From Nitrosopumilus maritimus SCM1 (GTDB lineage: Archaea; Thermoproteota; Nitrososphaeria; Nitrososphaerales; Nitrosopumilaceae): a stretch of 32,000 nucleotides of DNA. The notes beneath the pieces were generated by a model that saw nothing but the letters and a program-made list of their open reading frames with translations, did not search any database and was not told where the DNA came from. Positions 25,474 to 32,000 of this stretch are shown here, piece by piece. Numbering within the stretch: position 1 is the stretch's first letter; each line of letters starts with the position of its first letter. A program made the position numbers and the translations under genes. The stretch is from positions 1,140,001 through 1,172,000 of the forward strand of contig NC_010085.1 in the NCBI RefSeq assembly GCF_000018465.1. The letters are read 5' to 3'.

Positions 25474-26622
25474 ATGATACGTATGTTGAAATTAGGTCAA
25501 ACGGAATTTTCAAGTACATTTATGCAAAAAGTTCAAGTAAACAATTTAGTACGAAGTGCCACATTTTTTCAGCACGCTGGTATCTCAATTGTCTTTGTTT
25601 TCATGCCTATTATTGCTCAAGGCGTCACAGAATCAGTCTTTGAGATAGGCCTTTTGGTAGCCTCATTTAGTTTTGCCCAGATTCTCTCGGAAATCTACTT
25701 TGGTAGGCACTCAGACAAGAAGGGAACCAGGCTCAAGTTCATCAGAATTGGATTCATCGGCTGTGCAATAGCATTTGGAATGCATTACTTTGCAACAGAT
25801 CTTTCCATGTTCTTTCTGGTAAGAATTGCAGCAGGAATTGCAAGTGGAATAATGATTCCAGCAATGATTGCATATACCTATGAAGCAAACGTTGACAAAA
25901 AAAGAGCAGCAACAGTAATCTCATTTCATGCATTAGGGTGGATGGCAGGAATTGCAGCAGCTGGACTTGCAAATGACTTGCAGTTAATTTTCTTGATAAG
26001 TGCAGCATCATTTGTAGTAGGGCTGTTATTTACAATCAGACTCCCAAATCCTGAGCAAGAAAAAGAAGTAGAGCCTGGAACTACAAAAAGAGTAATTTCA
26101 AAAAACAAATTTCTTTTCTTGTCATTACTGCTAAGACATATTGGTGCTGCTGCTGTTTGGACCATTCTTCCAATAATGATTGTAGATAGATGGGGAGGAG
26201 AACTATACCACATTTCAATTGTGTATACTGCAAACACAATGACTGCTTTTATTTTGATGAATGTAATGGCAAGTAAAATTCATCTATCAAATGTCACTAA
26301 ATTCAAGATAGGAGTCGGCTCTACAACATTTGTTTTTGTAGGGTTGTCATTTGTAACTGAATGGTGGATGGCAATGCCATTTATGTCACTGGTTGGTGCA
26401 ACATGGGCATTCTTGTTTATTGGTGGAAACTTTCACTTAATGGACAACAACCCACGTTCAACTTCAACTGGGATATTTAGCTCAACTCTATCAATTGCAA
26501 CAGTAGTTGGTCCTGTAATTGCAGGTGGAATTGCATTTGCATTTGACTATGTTGCAGTGATGTACTTTGCAATTGCCATCATTGTTAGTGCCTTTGCAGT
26601 ATCACTGAAAATCAAAAAATAA
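25474..26622 (+). CDS. Major facilitator superfamily transporter
   Basis: About 12 hydrophobic segments. MFS motif-A-like GRHSDKKGTR after TM2. Confidence 0.8.
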   Translation: MIRMLKLGQTEFSSTFMQKVQVNNLVRSATFFQHAGISIVFVFMPIIAQGVTESVFEIGLLVASFSFAQILSEIYFGRHSDKKGTRLKFIRIGFIGCAIAFGMHYFATDLSMFFLVRIAAGIASGIMIPAMIAYTYEANVDKKRAATVISFHALGWMAGIAAAGLANDLQLIFLISAASFVVGLLFTIRLPNPEQEKEVEPGTTKRVISKNKFLFLSLLLRHIGAAAVWTILPIMIVDRWGGELYHISIVYTANTMTAFILMNVMASKIHLSNVTKFKIGVGSTTFVFVGLSFVTEWWMAMPFMSLVGATWAFLFIGGNFHLMDNNPRSTSTGIFSSTLSIATVVGPVIAGGIAFAFDYVAVMYFAIAIIVSAFAVSLKIKK

Positions 26623-26629
26623 TCCAGAA

Positions 26630-26953
26630 CTAAATCAGTTTTTTAATAATGTTAAACGCAGTATTGTGTTTTTCAGGCGTAATCCATAGTCGTTTGTACA
26701 CATGAAAATCAGTCTCAAGTACAATAGCCTTTTTCTTTGTAGGCCTTGTTGCATCAAAATGAAACCAATCTCTGAAATTATTAGAACCAGAGATTCTCAG
26801 CCTGCCTGAGAACAGACCCATCTTCTTTTCAGAGATTTTTTTGACATGAGATAGTTTGACGTCCTTTTTCCCCCAAGGCAAACACCAAGACTTGAACCGA
26901 ATCTTATCCTCAAAGATTTGGATGTGTTTATCAGAATACAGAATCTTTGACAT
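26630..26953 (-). CDS. Hypothetical basic 107-aa protein
   Basis: A clean ATG ORF that fits tightly between its neighbours. I recognise no motif. Confidence 0.5.
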   Translation of the reverse strand: MSKILYSDKHIQIFEDKIRFKSWCLPWGKKDVKLSHVKKISEKKMGLFSGRLRISGSNNFRDWFHFDATRPTKKKAIVLETDFHVYKRLWITPEKHNTAFNIIKKLI

Positions 26954-27006
26954 GTGTTATTGTAGTTTATTTTAGATTTAAAGATCTTGTGTAAAAGATT
27001 TTTAGA

Positions 27007-27864
27007 TTATTTTGAGTGGTTATCAACATAGATTGCTTTGAGGGTATCTGTTTTACTAAGGACACCTCCAAGTTTTCCATTGATTTTTACACCTAGACCA
27101 TTAATCTTGTTTTGTGCCATAACTTTACAAGCTACAGTTAACTCTTCTTCAAAATCTATTGTTTCAAATGATTTTGTCATGACATCTTTTGCCATAGTTG
27201 TTGCTCCGAATCCAGAGTCAGACAAAAATCCTTTTCTAGTAAACACCACAGAGATTGCATCATCAGCATTATCAAGAACAGCATCAGTATTTCCCTTCTC
27301 TAATGCAACATGAAATAAATCACGAAAAGTCAAAATGCCTTCAGGATCATTTTCTTTATTCTTTAGAAAAATTCTAGAGATTTTCTCTTCAACCATTTTT
27401 TGTACAACATCCTTTAGATAGTCATCAGAGTTTGCTGCAATGTAGGATATTGTCATAATATCTCCAACCGTGTGTTTGCCCACATAGTTTTGAGAATAAT
27501 ATTTTGCAATGTCTGTTTTTGTTATTATTCCAACAAGTTCATTTTGAGATGAAGATACTCCTAAAGAACCGATATTTTGTTCAAGCATAAGCTCTACGCA
27601 CTTTTCAACACTCATTGATTCATTGACGGATGTGAAATTATTCATAATCTGCGAGGCAGGGATATCTGCAAGATTTCTTTCAGTATCATCAGTGAGAAGA
27701 AACAATCCAATGTCCTTTTCTGTAATTATTCCAACAGGTGAATTTCCTTGGGTAAGAACAATCCGACTGATGTTGTCCTTTAGCATCTTTGTGATGATTT
27801 TGTCTAGAGATTCATTACTATCAGATGTAATTGGTTTTTGAGAGATAGAAACTAGTTCAGACAA
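27007..27864 (-). CDS. CBS-domain protein (four CBS repeats, i.e. two Bateman modules)
   Basis: Four repeats of the pattern hhG(I/V)(I/L)(T/S)xxD(I/L/T), e.g. PVGIITEKDI, LVGIITKTDI, PEGILTFRDL, LGGVLSKTDT. TTG start at 27864. Confidence 0.85.
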   Translation of the reverse strand: MSELVSISQKPITSDSNESLDKIITKMLKDNISRIVLTQGNSPVGIITEKDIGLFLLTDDTERNLADIPASQIMNNFTSVNESMSVEKCVELMLEQNIGSLGVSSSQNELVGIITKTDIAKYYSQNYVGKHTVGDIMTISYIAANSDDYLKDVVQKMVEEKISRIFLKNKENDPEGILTFRDLFHVALEKGNTDAVLDNADDAISVVFTRKGFLSDSGFGATTMAKDVMTKSFETIDFEEELTVACKVMAQNKINGLGVKINGKLGGVLSKTDTLKAIYVDNHSK

Positions 27865-27872
27865 AAAGACAC

Positions 27873-28289
27873 CTATTTTATCAGATACACAGGTATTTTG
27901 GATTTTTGAAGAACATGATTTGATACACTTCCAATCATATCTTTTGATGCACTTCCTGAACCAGTAGTACTCATTACAATGTGATCAAATTTTCCTGTTC
28001 TTGCAGTGTGAAGTGTCACATGTCCAGGGGAGCCTCTTAGAAGTTTGGTTGAAAACTTTACATTTTTGTTTCCTGCTCGTTTTTCTGCTTTTTTGAGTAG
28101 TATTTTTCCGTCTTCTTGGAGTTGTTTATCAAATGTTTTTGTTCGTGGGCCTCCATCAATAACATGAGGAATTACATGAATGCAAGTAACTTGTCCATGA
28201 GTGAATCCTGCTAAAGTTAAGGCTCTATCTAAGGCTTGAAAGGATTTTTTTGAACCATCTAGTGGAACTAAAATTCTGTTAAGATCCAT
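27873..28289 (-). CDS. Universal stress protein (UspA family)
   Basis: ILVPLDGS at the N-terminus. ATP-binding-type GSGSASKDMIGSVSNHVL (G-x2-G-x9-G-S). Confidence 0.85.
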   Translation of the reverse strand: MDLNRILVPLDGSKKSFQALDRALTLAGFTHGQVTCIHVIPHVIDGGPRTKTFDKQLQEDGKILLKKAEKRAGNKNVKFSTKLLRGSPGHVTLHTARTGKFDHIVMSTTGSGSASKDMIGSVSNHVLQKSKIPVYLIK

Positions 28290-28391
28290 AAATCATTTCC
28301 AAAAATACTTCCATATTAACAGTGAATCCTATTTTCACAAAAGAAATCAAGTATCATCATTGGAAAAATAAAAGAAAAAAGGAAAAAATTC

Positions 28392-29255
28392 CTAAAATCT
28401 TGGAACTACTCTAGATTTTGCAGTGACTGCTACGATGCTTATGATTGCAACAGCTAGTATCATCATTGCAATTGTACCAAATTCTGGAACAACGTTTGTG
28501 AATACTACTTCTTCACCAATTGGTCCTGTCTTTTCGTCAATACCATAACCTTGGAAGGTGATAGTAATGTCTACTGGGTCAGCAGAACTTAGGGGTGCAG
28601 TCATATGCATGCCAGTGCCTTCATGATGATGTGCACCTTCATCGTGCAAAACTTCATCACCGTTTTGTGTAACCATTATGTCATGATTAACATGTTCTGC
28701 ATCTTTGAACTCAATAGAAATTTCCATTGCTTCACCTGCAGTTGGGACTGAAGTCCAAATTGAAACCATTGTACCATCAGATAGCATACCCATTGCAGTT
28801 GCATCACCTTCTGGCATCATCATTTCGTCACTGTGTTCATCACCGTGCTCGTCACTGTGTTCGTCATGATCTCCTGATTCTTGTACAATAACTACACCTT
28901 GAATCCAAGGATGAATCATTGAAAAGTAAGAGTATTCTCCAGGTTCATCAAATGTATGGGTAAAGCTTTCTCCAGGACCAAGTAATCCAGAATCAAACAT
29001 ACCATCAGGTCCATCATCAGGATTTCCACTTGAAATTGTAGTATTTGATTCAGCATTGTTTGTCCAAATCACTTCTCCTCCAACATTAACTGTAACCTCA
29101 GAAGAAACAAGACATTCATCAGCAGTTTCACAACCAGGGAGGTTAGCGCCAGGAGCAACAGAGATCTCAGTTTGAGGATGATCTGCAAAAGCATTGATGC
29201 TTCCAGTACTAATAACCACAGTCATGATTGCCAATAGAACTGTTTTTGATTTCAT
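28392..29255 (-). CDS. Secreted cupredoxin-fold protein lacking 3 of 4 type-1 Cu ligands, with an HxDEH-rich linker, a His/Met-rich second domain and a PEFG-type C-terminal sorting signal
   Basis: Signal peptide LLAIMTVVISTGSINAFA. The domain aligns with the 7717 cupredoxin, but has NTTISSG in place of AHTVTSG and YFSMIHPWI in place of YFCMVHPWM. It also carries DHDEHSDEHGDEHSDEMMMP and HDEGAHHHEGTGMHM. The C-terminus is VVPEFGTIAMMILAVAIISIVAVTAKSR. Confidence 0.85.
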   Translation of the reverse strand: MKSKTVLLAIMTVVISTGSINAFADHPQTEISVAPGANLPGCETADECLVSSEVTVNVGGEVIWTNNAESNTTISSGNPDDGPDGMFDSGLLGPGESFTHTFDEPGEYSYFSMIHPWIQGVVIVQESGDHDEHSDEHGDEHSDEMMMPEGDATAMGMLSDGTMVSIWTSVPTAGEAMEISIEFKDAEHVNHDIMVTQNGDEVLHDEGAHHHEGTGMHMTAPLSSADPVDITITFQGYGIDEKTGPIGEEVVFTNVVPEFGTIAMMILAVAIISIVAVTAKSRVVPRF

Positions 29256-29293
29256 ATAAAGAAGAATTTTGAAAATTTGTTAATTATTGATCT

Positions 29294-29314
29294 GGTACAT
29301 TTTTCAATTGTACC
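29294..29314. promoter_or_regulatory. Inverted repeat GGTACA-N9-TGTACC (operator-like), copy 1
   Basis: The sequence is GGTACAtttttcaatTGTACC followed by AATT. It lies 39-59 nt upstream of ATG 29255 (minus-strand gene) and 30 nt upstream of the plus-strand micro-ORF at 29344. Confidence 0.35.
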
Positions 29315-29343
29315 AATTGTATTTTTTAGAACTTTGCGAAATT

Positions 29344-29415
29344 ATGTTTGAGAAATGGGCTATAGTCTTCAGCTTGGTTTATTTTTCAATTTTTTTATCA
29401 ATTAAGAATTTTTGA
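29344..29415 (+). CDS. Candidate 23-aa hydrophobic micro-ORF
   Basis: Translation: MFEKWAIVFSLVYFSIFLSIKNF. ATG start, preceded by IR copy 1 and a T-rich TATA-like stretch. There is no other support. Confidence 0.22.
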   Translation: MFEKWAIVFSLVYFSIFLSIKNF

Positions 29416-29425
29416 AAAACAAACC

Positions 29426-29446
29426 AGTACAAATTAGAAATGTACC
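29426..29446. promoter_or_regulatory. Inverted repeat (A)GTACA-N9-TGTACC (operator-like), copy 2
   Basis: The sequence is AGTACAaattagaaaTGTACC followed by AATT. It has the same 9-nt spacer as copy 1. TTAAAAT (29453-29459) follows it, centred about 26 nt before ATG 29482. Confidence 0.35.
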
Positions 29447-29481
29447 AATTTGATTAAAATGAATTCAACTTAATCACATAC

Positions 29482-29571
29482 ATGACAGAATCAAATACAA
29501 CAAACAATACAAATTCTAAGAAAAAATGGTGGTCATTTTTTAGTAGAAAAAAACAAGAAAATCAAGTTTAG
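29482..29571 (+). CDS. Candidate 29-aa basic micro-ORF
   Basis: Translation: MTESNTTNNTNSKKKWWSFFSRKKQENQV. TATA spacing is leaderless-type. A hairpin and T-tract follow at 29578-29600. Confidence 0.25.
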   Translation: MTESNTTNNTNSKKKWWSFFSRKKQENQV

Positions 29572-29577
29572 AAATAA

Positions 29578-29600
29578 AATAGGCCCTGAACCTATTTTGT
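29578..29600. terminator. Hairpin AATAGG-N7-CCTATT flanked by T-rich runs on both strands; candidate bidirectional terminator
   Basis: A 6-bp perfect stem (29578-29583 / 29591-29596). TTTTGTTATT follows on the plus strand and ATTTTATTT on the minus strand. It lies between the plus-strand micro-ORF and the stop of the minus-strand USP gene. Confidence 0.4.
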
Positions 29601-30037
29601 TATTCTGTTCCTTTAGTTATCAATACAGGGCATTTAGCTTGTGCGACTACTCCGTTTGCAACACTTCCCAATACAAGCTTTCTAAAACCAGTTCTTCCAT
29701 GAGAACCAATTACAATAAGATCAACATTGTTCTTTTCAGCAAAAGATACTATTCCATCAGAAGGCGAAGGGTTGTGAATAACTTCCAGTGAAAATGGTAC
29801 ATTTTTGGCATTTGCTTGTGATTCTAGTTCTTTTAGCATAGCTGTTGCAGTGTCTGTCTCTTCATCTTGAATCTCCTGCATTCTTTCAAGTGAAATACCC
29901 GCAGATTCTGACACTTTGGATTGCAGAACAGTGGTAACGATAAGTTTTGATGCAAATTTTTCGGCAATCTCCAATGCTTTATCAAAAGCCTTTTGAGAAT
30001 AGCCTGAACCATCAAACGGAATCAAAATCTTTTCCAA
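29600..30037 (-). CDS. Universal stress protein (UspA family)
   Basis: ILIPFDGS at the N-terminus. GSHGRTGFRKLVLGSVANGVV ATP-binding-type motif. Only the TTG at 30037 preserves the N-terminal strand. Confidence 0.85.
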   Translation of the reverse strand: MEKILIPFDGSGYSQKAFDKALEIAEKFASKLIVTTVLQSKVSESAGISLERMQEIQDEETDTATAMLKELESQANAKNVPFSLEVIHNPSPSDGIVSFAEKNNVDLIVIGSHGRTGFRKLVLGSVANGVVAQAKCPVLITKGTE

Positions 30038-30132
30038 TAAAGTATGACATTATTTTGAATATTTATTCTTAAATTCAAAAATCAGGTATGATAATTATAG
30101 ATTCTAGTTCAGAACTTTGGTAGGTAAAATTT

Positions 30133-30906
30133 TCAGTGTTTAGGCAGATTGTTTTCATCCAGATATGCATCCCATGCAATGATGCCACCTTCTAAAACCT
30201 GAAAGTCAATTCCATGTTGTGCCAACTCGTATGTTGCTATGGTTGCACGATTGCCAGAACCACAAATAATTACTACTGGTTTATCAGTTGGGATTTCAGA
30301 CAAATTTTCTTCAATAAAGATATCTGCTAATGGAATGTTTTTGCTTCCTGAAATCATGGTAACTTCTAATTCAGAAGGTTCTCGTACATCAAGAAGATAA
30401 ACGTCATCTTGATTTTGTAATTGTTCATAGAGTTCTTCTGAAGAGGTTACAGTTGGAGTCATCTTTGTTGAAAGGTTTTCATCCCAAGACTGTATCCCAT
30501 CAACAAGAAAAGAGGTTTTAATTCCTGCATCATTCATAATTTGTGCTGAGTTTAATGCACTACTTTGGGAATCTCCAACAAGAACGACATGCATATTTTG
30601 TGTTACTTCAGGAATTCTGCCAAACATTGTTTTGATTCTCTTATCAAGTGTTGCACCTTCCATTACATCAACTGAAGAACCTGCAATATGTCCATCCACA
30701 TATGAGTTTGAATTCCGCATATCAATTACTACTAGATTAGGATCAAGTGTCATTTGTTGTTCTAGTTCACTTGAGGATATTGAAAATGGTTGATCAATAG
30801 GGATTGCTGAAGGAGTTGGTTCAACTTCATATCCGATAAATCCTGCAGCCATTGCAATTACCACAATTACAGCAATTCCAATTCCTACAGGTATTACTTT
30901 ATTCAA
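30133..30906 (-). CDS. N-terminally membrane-anchored tandem-rhodanese sulfurtransferase
   Basis: TM VIPVGIGIAVIVVIAMAAGFIG. The first rhodanese domain has an inactive loop (VLVGDSQSS). The second has the catalytic loop VVIICGSGNRA (CxxxxR). TTG start at 30906. Confidence 0.87.
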   Translation of the reverse strand: MNKVIPVGIGIAVIVVIAMAAGFIGYEVEPTPSAIPIDQPFSISSSELEQQMTLDPNLVVIDMRNSNSYVDGHIAGSSVDVMEGATLDKRIKTMFGRIPEVTQNMHVVLVGDSQSSALNSAQIMNDAGIKTSFLVDGIQSWDENLSTKMTPTVTSSEELYEQLQNQDDVYLLDVREPSELEVTMISGSKNIPLADIFIEENLSEIPTDKPVVIICGSGNRATIATYELAQHGIDFQVLEGGIIAWDAYLDENNLPKH

Positions 30907-30970
30907 TGAGATAATTTACTCTGAGCTTTACTTAAAGATAATCAAATGCTTTGAGAGTTGAATCAATCAT

Positions 30971-31528
30971 ATGAAATTTTTTCAGAGAAATGTATCAAAG
31001 TTGATATGTAAAAAACATCTAATCTATACATTGGATAGAAAGACAAAGATTCTAAAAATTATTCAAGCAAATCCTGGAATCCATGTTAGGGGAGTGATAA
31101 AAGAGTCTAGTTTTGAAAATGGTGTAGTTACACATTATTTGAGACAGTTAACAGAAGATGGAGTCGTAAGGACACAGAAACGTTCTAGATATCATAGGTA
31201 CTATCCAGTAGATGTTGAAGAAAAAGAGTTCCCAGTAATTAGGAATATGCGCAAGCCAACAAAAAAAGAGATACTCTTTAGAATTATGGTAGAAGGTAAT
31301 CCATCATTCAAAGATCTTACCCTAAAAATTGACAAAAGTCCTTCAACAATATCCTGGAATGTATCTGAACTTGTGAAAGAAGGAGTAGTTGAGAAATGCA
31401 AAAAAGATGGCAAGCAATGTTACAGGGTAAAAGACAAAGAACTTTTCAAAAAAACATTCAAAAAAGAATTCACTAAATTATTTGATGAAAAACTAGAGCA
31501 CTCTGAAGATATCTTTTTGGCATTATAG
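30971..31528 (+). CDS. Transcriptional regulator with two tandem winged-helix-like segments
   Basis: ILKIIQANPGIHVRGVIKESSFENGVVTHYLRQLTEDGVVRTQ and ILFRIMVEGNPSFKDLTLKIDKSPSTISWNVSELVKEGVVEK both fit an ArsR/MarR-like wHTH pattern. The gene is divergent from the rhodanese gene. Confidence 0.7.
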   Translation: MKFFQRNVSKLICKKHLIYTLDRKTKILKIIQANPGIHVRGVIKESSFENGVVTHYLRQLTEDGVVRTQKRSRYHRYYPVDVEEKEFPVIRNMRKPTKKEILFRIMVEGNPSFKDLTLKIDKSPSTISWNVSELVKEGVVEKCKKDGKQCYRVKDKELFKKTFKKEFTKLFDEKLEHSEDIFLAL

Positions 31529-31586
31529 TGGTACATTCGACAAAATCGCCAAACCTGCTTTTTATCATAATGTGCTAGTTTTCACA

Positions 31587-32000
31587 ATGAAAGGATATCT
31601 AAAATATTCACTGTCTATTCCAGTGTTTGCAGCAGTATTTCTGCTTGCAGTAACTGCATTGCCAGCACAAGAACAACCTGCTGATGCATATGCAAGAACA
31701 GTAATGGTCCACATTACATCTGATGAGAATCACAGGGTATTGATGGGGGTTCAACATGCAAAGGCAATGCTAGATAGTGGAAAAAATGTTGCAGTTCTAC
31801 TTGATGTAGATGGCGTAAAAGCAGGGGTTAATCAACCAGACTCAAATCTATCTGCATCCAATGATCTTCTACAGCAATTTCTTGCAGACGGTGGAAGAGT
31901 AATTGCATGTCAGCACTGTGTTGGCATGGCAGGTTTCAGTATGAGTGATATGCTCCCAGGAGTTGAAATTGATTCACATCCAAACATGCCTAAAATGCAG
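31587..32000 (+). CDS. DsrE/DsrF-like protein with an N-terminal signal peptide (3' end lies outside the window)
   Basis: ATG 31587 opens a frame that runs to the window edge (138 codons); the ORF track omits it. Signal-like SLSIPVFAAVFLLAVTALPAQ. VMVHITSDE...GKNVAVLLDVDGVKAG...GGRVIACQHCVGMAG fits the DsrE-fold layout by eye. Confidence 0.5.
   Translation, partial: MKGYLKYSLSIPVFAAVFLLAVTALPAQEQPADAYARTVMVHITSDENHRVLMGVQHAKAMLDSGKNVAVLLDVDGVKAGVNQPDSNLSASNDLLQQFLADGGRVIACQHCVGMAGFSMSDMLPGVEIDSHPNMPKMQ

Noticed and set aside
25754-26237. Antisense ORFs within the MFS transporter gene, and similar ones within metH (22534-24252)
   Set aside because: They are shadow ORFs opposite well-supported genes, with no motifs.
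29597-29791. A 64-aa plus-strand ORF overlapping the USP gene
   Set aside because: It is antisense to a gene with clear UspA motifs, and it starts inside the terminator hairpin.
1-32000. tRNA, rRNA, RNase P/SRP RNA or C/D-box sRNA genes in intergenic spacers
   Set aside because: All spacers are short and AT-rich. I saw no GC-rich cloverleaf-like segments or paired C (RUGAUGA) / D (CUGA) boxes. This was a by-eye scan only, so small RNAs cannot be excluded.

Overview
AT-rich archaeal chromosome segment. It looks like a marine ammonia-oxidising thaumarchaeon (Nitrosopumilus-like). Support: archaeal r-proteins L15e/L31e/L39e, a herA-mre11-rad50 operon, a NirK-like multicopper oxidase, several cupredoxin proteins, a PEFG-type C-terminal sorting signal and a divergent FtsZ-like gene. 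From memory, the order nirK-like / lyase / MiaB-like / ftsZ-like resembles N. maritimus; I cannot verify that here. The window is densely packed with about 44 protein genes. I saw no tRNA, rRNA, CRISPR array, transposase or integrase. Most genes are housekeeping: DSB repair, split B12 methionine synthase plus a MetF-like gene, a SerA-like dehydrogenase, an aspartase/fumarase-class lyase, a tRNA methylthiotransferase, NUDIX and MFS. Three regions stand out. (1) A low-GC islet at about 3.56-7.72 kb follows rad50. It holds an AT-hook protein, a histidine kinase with a receiver-only response regulator, an unknown wHTH-like protein, and a tandem set of unannotated zinc-ribbon microgenes. Four copies of a CATACCGCA / ATACC-N11-GGTAT + TATA module connect these genes. 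(2) Several surface proteins have unusual architecture: a Kazal-like/cupredoxin fusion, perfect 30-bp in-frame tandem repeats, and a cupredoxin that has lost 3 of 4 copper ligands but gained a His/Met-rich module. (3) A block at 27-32 kb contains CBS, two USP genes, the pseudo-cupredoxin, a membrane-anchored tandem rhodanese, a double-wHTH regulator and a signal-peptide DsrE-like protein. Its long intergenic region carries two GTACA-N9-TGTACC operator-like repeats, each in front of a micro-ORF. All functional calls come from motif recognition by eye; no database search was run.
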